A stretch of DNA of 38,130 nucleotides. Source: an uncultured archaeon. Its GTDB lineage: Archaea > Asgardarchaeota > Lokiarchaeia > Sigyniarchaeales > SOKP01. This document shows, one piece after another, positions 8,006-16,721 of this stretch. The stretch lies in NCBI GenBank assembly GCA_964486045.1, contig CAZALK010000023.1, positions 1-38,130 of the forward strand, written 5' to 3'. The translations under genes and the position numbers were made by a program. The first letter of the stretch is position 1; every line of letters starts with the position of its first letter. The notes beneath the pieces are model-generated. The model saw nothing but the letters and a program-made list of their open reading frames with translations, had not been told where the DNA came from and made no database searches.

Positions 8006-11000
8006 TTGTTAGCAAAAAGAATTAAAATTCAAATAATAATTACAATTTTACTTATCTCTTCATTTACGATGATTTTTGGGTATAAAAATCATGAATTTTC
8101 TTATTTTGATGTAGTTGAGCAGGAAAATATTCAGACTGCTGCTCAAATTTCAGAAACAAAACAATGGATTCAAAATCCTAATTTTACATCTCCAATCGAA
8201 CCAAAATGGTTTTGGAAAAATGGTACGGACGGGGATAATTCGGATGTAAATGCTACATCAAGCTCAGGACAAGCAAATTTTGAGGTGATGGGAGAAACCA
8301 GAACATTTACAGTAGTATCTGGAATTATTAACTCCTCTACATCTCTGGGTTGGAAACAATTTAATAAAACAGGTTTTCTCCTACCTGATACAGCGGAAAT
8401 TAACGCAAGTGGAGGTTATGTTTCCCATTTTTGGGATGATGATCCCAATCAGTTTCCAAGTGTTCAATGGAAAACAAATATAAGTATGCCGATAGATATG
8501 TCTGATTATATTATCACTTCAGCGTCTTTAGAGGTAATTGTAAATGCGACAGTTAGTGATGATGTTGATACACCAAATGATGGTGCATATTGGGAAAATT
8601 TTGCAATTGGAGATTCTGTAACGTATTACTCCCAAATATCAGATTTAGATTATAATCCCCCTCTATATACAGTTGCTTCAAATAAAACGAAATATTTGGG
8701 TCAAAACTCACCTTCAAGTTTAACTTTAACAAATAAATCACTAGAAACAGTTAGTGAGGTTGATTTAATTACAGCATTAAATTCTGCTTTTGATAAAGAC
8801 GTTGAACATTCAAATTTCACACTTACTCTAGGTATTGATATATACTCTGAAGATAACCTTGGATCAAATGATCCAGATACTTTCGATGAATTAATCATTA
8901 AAACCTGTAATTTAACTTTTACAGTTATGAAGAAAATAGATCAATCTACAACCTTATCATGGAATCAAGTCGGTAATAAAATCACGGGAGCTAGTGTGCA
9001 AATTTTAGATGCGAATTTTAACTTTTTGTATAAAGTTAATAAAACTTGGCCAACATCTGCACCTCTTTCTGAACTAAGATTTTATATAAATAATAAGAGT
9101 TATGATCTGGGAATAATTAAATTATCTTCTGCAACTACATCTTTTCAAGAAGCAATATCTGGGGGATTTGATGTAACTGATTTAATTGCTGCTAACGTTA
9201 ATATTTCCGTTTCATTAGAAGTATTTCTTAAAGATACATTTGAATTAGATGAAGTGTATCGCATTTCAATTAAGGATGTTTATCTAAACATCTCATATAT
9301 AAAATCATTTCCAGATTATGGTAGTGAATTACAATTGTTTTTAAATGATGAAAACAAAACTGCTGATCCTGTGATACAGATAGCTTATTTTGATACTCTC
9401 AATGTTACCGTTATGTATAAAGAAAATGAGACAAGAACTCATATTTCAAATTCTACGATAAACATAGAGGGGAAAGTATCGGGAAACTTAACTGAAGATG
9501 ATATATTAGAACAATATTATATTCTTGTGAATACTTCAGAACTAGGACTTGGAGCAAGTATATTAACTGTAAGTGCTCAAAAAGATAATTATGAGGCTAA
9601 AAGTGTTCAGATTTATGTTGAAGTAATTGAACAACCAACAGAACTTCAATTAGTAATTGATAATATTGAAAGGAGTGGAAATGAAACTATCGATGTTAAA
9701 TTCAATGAATTGTTAAATATTACTGTATTTTTTAAAGATAACCTTACAAAGACTCATATCAACGGAGTAGAAGTCAATTTACTGGGTATTGGAAATTTCA
9801 ATGAAACAATCAATCATTATAACTTAACTTTAAACACTAATGAGTTAAATCAAGGAATTAATATCTTAACAATTTTTGCACACCTTGATAATTTCCAATC
9901 TCAAACAATTCAATTCTTTATAAACGTTACAGAAATAGAAACAGAATTATTGCTATTTATGGACGGCAACCAAACATATGACGGTTATATGATTAACGCT
10001 CAAATTAATGAGTTTATCAACTTAACAATTTATTACCAAAACAATAATACAAAAGAACACATAACGGGGGCTAGTGTTGATTTATTAGGTTTGGGAAGTT
10101 TAAACGAATCAAACAACCAATATAATTATTCCTTGAATACTAATGATTTAGTTCAGGGTATTAATGTATTAACTATTTACGCTCAACTAAATACCTATCA
10201 ATCCCAGACTTTTCAATTTTTCATAAGTCTTGAAGAAAGAGTTACAAATTTACTTCTTTTCGTTGATGAAGATCAAAAATATCCCAGTGACACCCTAAAC
10301 ACTCAATTTGATGAAAACCTAAATATAACTGTTTTATATCGTGATGATAACACAAATATGCATATTAGTGGGGCGAGTGTAGAGTTATTAGGAATAGGAT
10401 TTCTAAATGAAACTTCAAATCAATATAATATCTCAATTTCTACTAACATTTTAGAAAAAGGGATAAATATTTTAACAATTTTTGCTCAATTAAGTGGCTA
10501 TCAACCTAAAACAATTCAATTTTTTATAAATGTTGATGATAGGGCAACAGAATTATTATTATATATAAATGGAGTTCAATTGAATGAAAGCGATACAATA
10601 CAAGTTGAAATTGATGAAAATATTAACATAACTACGTTATATCGTGATGCACTTACGAAATTACATTTAGGTGGTGCGAGTGTAGAATTATTAGGAATAG
10701 GATTTCTAAATGAAACTTCAAATCGATATAATATTACTATTAATTCAAATGATTTAGCACTAGGTGTTAATATCTTAACAATATTTACTCAATTAAGCAA
10801 TTACCAACCTAATTCAATTCAAATTTTTGTTGATGTAATTAAGAAGGCAACAAGTTTCATTTTATATTTGAATGAAATAGATAAAACCAATGATCCTGTG
10901 CTAACACTCCCTATTAATAGTTTATTAAATTTAACTATAAAATATTTACATAATCAAACTAGTCTTGAAATAAGTGGAGCATTATTACAGTTAATCGGTG

Positions 11001-11773
11001 AAGGACTCACTGAAAATATAATTGAGAATGTTAATTTTTCACAATATTCATTTATTCTCAATACTACAGAATTAGGAATTGGAATTAAGCTTTTTACAAT
11101 TGTGGCTCAAGCTACAGATTATCAGATAAGTACAGTTGATATTAGAATAACTGTTAATAGAATTAGTACATCAATGAGCACATTTTCTGGAGAAACTTAT
11201 ATTGATATTAGTTCTGAAGATGACTTTCATATACGAATTGTTCTTAATAACACTGATTTTAGTGAAATTATTCTTAACGCAACGGTTACTTATCGTTGGG
11301 AAGGAGGTCAAGGAGAATTGGTTGATTTAGATAATGATGGTATATATGAAGCTGTACTACAGAATGTACCTGCTGGTTCATATGTTATAAGCATAACTGC
11401 TTATGCCGGAGAAGATTATGAATTCGAAATTTATGAAATAATTTTAAATGCTAGGGCAGTGCCCGGATTTGATTTTACACCTATTATAGCTCTACTATCA
11501 ATTGGGATCGTTGGACTTGGAACCTTTATCGTTTTATATCAAAAATATTTTAAATATCCCTCCAAAGTCAGAAAAATAAGGAAGTTAAGAAAGAGAATTA
11601 GCAAAAATAAAAAATTAAATCCGATTTCACTTCAAACACGCGATGAAATTCTTAAAAGTAAAATACAAATAAATAAACAAATGTTAGATCAAGAAAAATT
11701 ACCACCAGAAACAAAAATTCAAGATAAGGATTTAGATTTTAAAAAAAAAGGAGGAGGAGAAGTCATTGAGTAG
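8006..11773 (+). CDS. Large cell-surface glycoprotein with ~101-aa beta-rich (Ig-like) repeats and a C-terminal TM anchor, paralog 1
   Basis: N-terminal basic plus hydrophobic signal/anchor; very many N-x-S/T sequons; repeated TEL.LF.....LNITV.Y.D....HI.GASV.L.G.G...E....YN....TN.L..GIN.LTI.AQ...YQ.QTIQF units; DLDNDGIYEA; VPGF-TM-KYP..VRKIRKLRK tail. Confidence 0.85.
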   Translation: MLAKRIKIQIIITILLISSFTMIFGYKNHEFSYFDVVEQENIQTAAQISETKQWIQNPNFTSPIEPKWFWKNGTDGDNSDVNATSSSGQANFEVMGETRTFTVVSGIINSSTSLGWKQFNKTGFLLPDTAEINASGGYVSHFWDDDPNQFPSVQWKTNISMPIDMSDYIITSASLEVIVNATVSDDVDTPNDGAYWENFAIGDSVTYYSQISDLDYNPPLYTVASNKTKYLGQNSPSSLTLTNKSLETVSEVDLITALNSAFDKDVEHSNFTLTLGIDIYSEDNLGSNDPDTFDELIIKTCNLTFTVMKKIDQSTTLSWNQVGNKITGASVQILDANFNFLYKVNKTWPTSAPLSELRFYINNKSYDLGIIKLSSATTSFQEAISGGFDVTDLIAANVNISVSLEVFLKDTFELDEVYRISIKDVYLNISYIKSFPDYGSELQLFLNDENKTADPVIQIAYFDTLNVTVMYKENETRTHISNSTINIEGKVSGNLTEDDILEQYYILVNTSELGLGASILTVSAQKDNYEAKSVQIYVEVIEQPTELQLVIDNIERSGNETIDVKFNELLNITVFFKDNLTKTHINGVEVNLLGIGNFNETINHYNLTLNTNELNQGINILTIFAHLDNFQSQTIQFFINVTEIETELLLFMDGNQTYDGYMINAQINEFINLTIYYQNNNTKEHITGASVDLLGLGSLNESNNQYNYSLNTNDLVQGINVLTIYAQLNTYQSQTFQFFISLEERVTNLLLFVDEDQKYPSDTLNTQFDENLNITVLYRDDNTNMHISGASVELLGIGFLNETSNQYNISISTNILEKGINILTIFAQLSGYQPKTIQFFINVDDRATELLLYINGVQLNESDTIQVEIDENINITTLYRDALTKLHLGGASVELLGIGFLNETSNRYNITINSNDLALGVNILTIFTQLSNYQPNSIQIFVDVIKKATSFILYLNEIDKTNDPVLTLPINSLLNLTIKYLHNQTSLEISGALLQLIGEGLTENIIENVNFSQYSFILNTTELGIGIKLFTIVAQATDYQISTVDIRITVNRISTSMSTFSGETYIDISSEDDFHIRIVLNNTDFSEIILNATVTYRWEGGQGELVDLDNDGIYEAVLQNVPAGSYVISITAYAGEDYEFEIYEIILNARAVPGFDFTPIIALLSIGIVGLGTFIVLYQKYFKYPSKVRKIRKLRKRISKNKKLNPISLQTRDEILKSKIQINKQMLDQEKLPPETKIQDKDLDFKKKGGGEVIE
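10330..10830 (+). repeat. Two adjacent ~303-bp coding repeat units with high local nucleotide identity
   Basis: GCGAGTGTAGA(G/A)TTATTAGGAATAGGATTTCTAAATGAAACTTCAAATC(A/G)ATATAATA occurs at ~10373 and ~10676. Confidence 0.8.
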
Positions 11774-11779
11774 AATGAA

Positions 11780-14700
11780 GTGGAGGTGTCAAAAATAAAA
11801 CGAAAAAATTATAGAACTATAATTTTAATTATTATCCTTACCTTTTCCTCAGTGATATTTCCTTTCTTTAGCTTATTTAGAAACAACAATCGTAAATTTC
11901 AAGAAATGAGTTATGAGAATATTTTGCAATATTCAGGTGAAACAGTTTATAACGAAGAATGGTTGGATAACAATAATTTTTCAACTCAAGATGAATGGTT
12001 TTATTCTAAAGGAGCACAAGGTGATAATTCCACTGTAGATGCCAATATAAGTAATGATCAAGCTAATTATAAGATTATTGGAGATAATAATACATTTGAT
12101 GTTCTGGCTGGTGAAGTAAATTCCTCGACGTGGTCTGGATGGGGGATATATAACAATAGTGATTATTTATTACCTGATGTTTATGATATTAATGCTACTG
12201 GATTATATGTTTATCACTATTTAGACGAAAATGAAGGTGGTGGCGCTGGTCAAGTACATAATTTTCCTTCTATTCATTTTAGGAAAAATGTTAGTTTACC
12301 GGAGGATATGTCTGATTATGAATTTACATCAGCTTCGCTAGAAGTAATTTTTAATGCAAGTGTAAACAGTAATGTAGATACTTATGGTGATCTTGTAGGT
12401 CAACCATTAAATCCTGATGAAGGGATTTTTGATTCTGCTACTTTTTATATTGAAATCGCAGATTTAAACCTTAGCTATTCCTTTAGAGTTGGTGAAAACA
12501 AAACTACGGATTTAGGACAAGATAGTCCTTCAATATTAAACATTACTGACAGAGAATTAACCTATGTAAGTGAGAATGACCTAATTACAGCCCTTAATTT
12601 AGCTCTTGAAAAGGATCCTTCTCATTCCAATTTTACAATAATTTTGGGCATGGATATTTATTGTGAAGATAACGATTTTCCCGATTATGACGAATGGAAT
12701 GCTTTAATATTTAAATCATTTAATTTAACATTTAGTTATCAGAAAAAAGTAGATAAATTTTCATCAGTTTCTTGGAATCAAGAAGGAAATCAAATTACAG
12801 GTAGTAATGTTCAAGTCACTGAAGCTAATCTTAGATTTAAATATAATATCACCCCAGATTGGCCTGAAACATTATCTCCCTATTCTGAAATTAAAATTTT
12901 AATAAATAATAATCCACATCCGGAAACAGTAAGATTAAGTTCTGCGAATACATCTTTACAAGATGCAAAAGTTGGTGGTTTTGATGTAACAAATTTAATT
13001 TTGAAAAATGTAAATATTACAGTGTCAATTCAGGTATTTATAGCAAATACATTTGAGTTAGGTAGTAATATTACTATTTCTATAGATGATGTTTATCTAA
13101 ACATTACTTATGCTGAAACTTTTTCTGATGATAAAACTCAAGCTCAATTACTATTAAATTCTGAAAATAAAACCGCAGATCCATATATTGAACTTCCTAT
13201 TACTAATAATTTAAACATTACAATAAAATATATCGATAATCAATCCTTAAATCATATAACTAATGCATTAGTCCAATTAGAAGGAAAGGAATCTGGAGAT
13301 TTAGTTGAAAATTCTACATTTGGTCAATATACTATCATTATAAATACATCCAAATTAGATATAGGTTTATGGCTCTTAGGTGTAATAGCACAAAAGAATA
13401 ATTATTCAACCCAAACAATTTCATTCTACGTAAAGGTAATTGAAAGACCAACTGAATTTAAAGTCTTTGTGGATAGTGAGGAAAAGACTATTAATAACAC
13501 TGTAAAGATAAAATCTAATGAATTTATGAATATTACGGTTTTATATAAGGATAACTCAAGTAAACAACATTTAAGTGGAGCAAATGTAAGTATATTAGGT
13601 ATTGGAAATCTTGTTGAATTAAATAATCAATATAATCTTACATTAAATTCAAATACCCTTGGTTTAGGCTTTCATGTTTTAACAATCAATTCACAGACAC
13701 AGAACTATACTACACAAACTTTTCAATTATTTGTTGAAGTATTTGAAAGAGCAACGGAATTAAGGTTATTTGTTAATGGTACTCAAAGGTTTGATAATGA
13801 TATTATTAGTGTAGAGGTATTTGATTACATAAATTTAACAGTTTTTTATCTCGACGATAGTTTACAAACATATCTGAACAGTGCTGAGATTACATTACTA
13901 AGCCTAGGTAATTTCAGTGAAATTGGTAATCAATATAACTATACCCTAAATTCACTTAATTTAAATTTAGGATTTAATGTATTAACTATTTCTGCTCAAT
14001 TTAATAATTATGAAACTCAAACTATCCAATTTTATATTGAAGTTATTGAAATGGAATCAGAAATACAATTATTTATTGATAGTAATCCAGTAAATGCAAG
14101 TGACACTATACAAACTGAGGCGAACCAGTTCTTAAATATTACTATATTTTATATTGATAATATTACAAAACTGAATCTTCCAGGTGCTTTAGTTGAAATC
14201 ATTGGGAGAGGAAATTTTAGTGAAATTAGCAGTCAATATAATTATACAATGGATACTAATGATTTAGAACAAGGAATAACTATATTAACTGTCCAGGCGC
14301 AATTAACTAATTATAAGTCTCAAACTATCCAATTTTATGTAAAAGTAATTGAAAGAAACACAGAGTTACAATTATATATTAATAGTATTCAAAGAAATGC
14401 AAGTGATACTATAGATGTTGAAGTGAATCAGTTCTTAAATATTACTATATTTTATATTGATAATACTACAAAACTGAATCTTCCAGGCAGCATAGTTGAA
14501 CTCATTGGGAGAGGAAACTTTAGTGAAAGTAGTGGTCAATACAATTATACAATTGATACTAATGATTTAGAACAAGGAATAACTATAATGACTGTCCAAG
14601 CGCAACAAACTAATTATAAATCTCAAATTATTAGACTTTATATAAATGTAATTGAAAGGAATTCAAGTATACAATTATATTTAAATGGTGAAGACAAAAC

Positions 14701-15544
14701 ATTTGATCCTGTAATAGAATTACCCATTGGATCAAGTCTAAATATAGTAGTAAAATTTACAGATAATACTACGGGATTTCACATTTACAATGCATCCGTT
14801 AGTATTGAAGGAAGCTCTATTTTATTAAATTTTACAGAAAATATTGGATTAGAACAATATTCATATAATATAAATACAACTTTGTTAAAAGTTGGGGTTA
14901 ATCTACTTAAACTCACAGCCTACAAGCCTAATTATAAGATTCAGGAAATTAACTTAAGAATTACTATCAACAAGATAAGTACAATTATTAGAACAGAATT
15001 AGGAGACCCTTATATAATCACTGGATCAGGACAAAACATTAATTTAAGAATAGTATTGAACGATACTGATTTTGGAGGTACAATAAAAGGAGCTATAGTG
15101 ACATATATATGGGCATATGGTCAAGGAAACCTCACAGATTCTGATAATGATGGTATTTATGAAGCAAATATTGAAGGTGTTCCTATCGGTACATATATTA
15201 TTACAATAACAGCTTCAGGTTATGAAAATTATGATTTTGAAAGTTATACAATAACAATAAGTGTAACTGAAGAAGGAAGTTCAGGGGAGCTAACATGGCT
15301 GATATATGCACTAATAGGTGTAATTGTAGGGGTAGTTGGTGTTTTTAGCGTCTACCAATTGCATTTTAAATATCCACCGATAGTTAGAAAAGTAAGGAAA
15401 TTGCGAAAGAAAATAAGGAAGGGAAAGAAAATAAATCCAATTATTACAGCTAAAAGAAAAGAGATTATTGAAACCAATCTTAAAGATAAATCTAGCGTAA
15501 TAGATTTTGAGCCAGAATTTGATAAAATTAAAAAAAATAAATAA
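11780..15544 (+). CDS. Large cell-surface glycoprotein with Ig-like repeats and a C-terminal TM anchor, paralog 2
   Basis: Colinear similarity to the upstream gene along its length (e.g. DLITALN.A..KD..HSNFT..LG.DIY.EDN; DSDNDGIYEA; TM-FKYPPIVRKVRKLRKKI). Start codon uncertain. Confidence 0.85.
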   Translation: MEVSKIKRKNYRTIILIIILTFSSVIFPFFSLFRNNNRKFQEMSYENILQYSGETVYNEEWLDNNNFSTQDEWFYSKGAQGDNSTVDANISNDQANYKIIGDNNTFDVLAGEVNSSTWSGWGIYNNSDYLLPDVYDINATGLYVYHYLDENEGGGAGQVHNFPSIHFRKNVSLPEDMSDYEFTSASLEVIFNASVNSNVDTYGDLVGQPLNPDEGIFDSATFYIEIADLNLSYSFRVGENKTTDLGQDSPSILNITDRELTYVSENDLITALNLALEKDPSHSNFTIILGMDIYCEDNDFPDYDEWNALIFKSFNLTFSYQKKVDKFSSVSWNQEGNQITGSNVQVTEANLRFKYNITPDWPETLSPYSEIKILINNNPHPETVRLSSANTSLQDAKVGGFDVTNLILKNVNITVSIQVFIANTFELGSNITISIDDVYLNITYAETFSDDKTQAQLLLNSENKTADPYIELPITNNLNITIKYIDNQSLNHITNALVQLEGKESGDLVENSTFGQYTIIINTSKLDIGLWLLGVIAQKNNYSTQTISFYVKVIERPTEFKVFVDSEEKTINNTVKIKSNEFMNITVLYKDNSSKQHLSGANVSILGIGNLVELNNQYNLTLNSNTLGLGFHVLTINSQTQNYTTQTFQLFVEVFERATELRLFVNGTQRFDNDIISVEVFDYINLTVFYLDDSLQTYLNSAEITLLSLGNFSEIGNQYNYTLNSLNLNLGFNVLTISAQFNNYETQTIQFYIEVIEMESEIQLFIDSNPVNASDTIQTEANQFLNITIFYIDNITKLNLPGALVEIIGRGNFSEISSQYNYTMDTNDLEQGITILTVQAQLTNYKSQTIQFYVKVIERNTELQLYINSIQRNASDTIDVEVNQFLNITIFYIDNTTKLNLPGSIVELIGRGNFSESSGQYNYTIDTNDLEQGITIMTVQAQQTNYKSQIIRLYINVIERNSSIQLYLNGEDKTFDPVIELPIGSSLNIVVKFTDNTTGFHIYNASVSIEGSSILLNFTENIGLEQYSYNINTTLLKVGVNLLKLTAYKPNYKIQEINLRITINKISTIIRTELGDPYIITGSGQNINLRIVLNDTDFGGTIKGAIVTYIWAYGQGNLTDSDNDGIYEANIEGVPIGTYIITITASGYENYDFESYTITISVTEEGSSGELTWLIYALIGVIVGVVGVFSVYQLHFKYPPIVRKVRKLRKKIRKGKKINPIITAKRKEIIETNLKDKSSVIDFEPEFDKIKKNK
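14092..14660 (+). repeat. Two adjacent ~303-bp coding repeat units, nearly identical
   Basis: CAGTTCTTAAATATTACTATATTTTATATTGATAATA(T/C)TACAAAACTGAATCTTCCAGG... and GATACTAATGATTTAGAACAAGGAATAACTATA each occur twice, 303 bp apart. Confidence 0.85.
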
Positions 15545-15575
15545 AAATTCTTTTTTAAAAGAGGAAGAGATGTGA

Positions 15576-16703
15576 ATGGCCAAAGGAATTATAATAACTG
15601 AATGGACAGAGGATGATGGTTTAGTTGCCAAATTTAATTATCCTGAAGATATTGAAATTGATCTAGATGATATGATGCGTATTTTTTATGCTCACATTAC
15701 AGGTGCTGGAGAAGCTGGTAATGTTATGGTAAGACTAGAAAAAGCTCGTTCGAATGTATCGAGTTATTTCACGGGAATGGAATCTGAAAATCCATTTATG
15801 ATTAATTTAATACTAGAATTAGGAGAAGAGCCTGAGATGTTTGGCGAAACTGTTATACAAGACATTAACGAAACGATCTTAAGGTTTTTAAATGAAATGG
15901 GAACCGATGTTACTCATGACTATGAAATTGTCAAAGATTTAAAGTCGTATATAAAAGGCGCGCTATTCTTATTAGAGCGCTTGAAAAATTTGACAAAAGA
16001 ACAGAGGTTGGCACAAATTTATGTTAGTGAAAAAGGGAGAACAATTTTAAAAATATTACAAGAAAAATCGCATTCAAGAAAAGAGTTACAAAGCATATTA
16101 GGGGAAAAATTAAACAAATTTATATCTAATATCGAAATTACGTTAGATCCATTTATTAAAACTGGCCTTATAAAGCAGGATTGGGTGGAGGGTGATACAG
16201 ATCTCTCACTATTTCTCCTAACAGATTTCTCTTTCTTTAGAGCCCCAGTCACTAAATTAGTAGAAGATGCTAAAAATAACCTTCCTACTCCAACACTAGC
16301 AACAAAATACAATGAAGAAGTCACGAAATACTTTACAAATTATAAGCCCACATTAGAAGATAACTTAAGAATTGCCCAAACTATGATGAACCCAGATAAA
16401 TATGATTATCTTACTCTATTTAGAGAGAGAGCATATCCTTTAAACAAAATACCAAGAGGTCCTGGAGAGAGCCTTGATCAGATAGGTGGATTTTTAAAAC
16501 CAATGCTCGAGGATAAGATAATTATCGTTCTTAAAGATGAAAAAAAAATCGACTGGGTCTTATTATTTACAGATATTGTAGCACACACATTTTATCCGGA
16601 GTATTTAATTGAAAAAATTCGAAAAGATAGTATGGAAGGAAAATTAAAGAAGAATGTCGCAATAAAACACTTAGAATTTCTTGAAGAAACATATAAAAAA
16701 TAG
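15576..16703 (+). CDS. Longin/uDENN-like N-terminal domain followed by two winged-helix-like domains
   Basis: The N-terminus GIIITEWTEDDGLVAKFNYPE matches the hhhxxF/WDxxxGPxhxxxYP pattern of uDENN/longin folds. There are two internal wHTH-like segments (KGRTILKILQEKSHSRKEL..LDPFIKTGLI; DKYDYLTLFRERAYPLNKI..LKPMLEDKII). Confidence 0.65.
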   Translation: MAKGIIITEWTEDDGLVAKFNYPEDIEIDLDDMMRIFYAHITGAGEAGNVMVRLEKARSNVSSYFTGMESENPFMINLILELGEEPEMFGETVIQDINETILRFLNEMGTDVTHDYEIVKDLKSYIKGALFLLERLKNLTKEQRLAQIYVSEKGRTILKILQEKSHSRKELQSILGEKLNKFISNIEITLDPFIKTGLIKQDWVEGDTDLSLFLLTDFSFFRAPVTKLVEDAKNNLPTPTLATKYNEEVTKYFTNYKPTLEDNLRIAQTMMNPDKYDYLTLFRERAYPLNKIPRGPGESLDQIGGFLKPMLEDKIIIVLKDEKKIDWVLLFTDIVAHTFYPEYLIEKIRKDSMEGKLKKNVAIKHLEFLEETYKK

Positions 16704-16721
16704 GAAGGTGAGCATTTTAAT

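Noticed and set aside
11455-11560. PGF-CTERM/archaeosortase sorting signal (VPGF-TM-basic)
   Set aside because: A ~70-aa cytoplasmic tail follows, and the paralog lacks PGF, so cleavage-type sorting is not supported.
8006-15544. Diversity-generating retroelement TR/VR pair behind the near-identical repeats
   Set aside because: The repeats are in-frame tandem domain copies, the differences are not adenine-specific, and there is no reverse transcriptase in the window.
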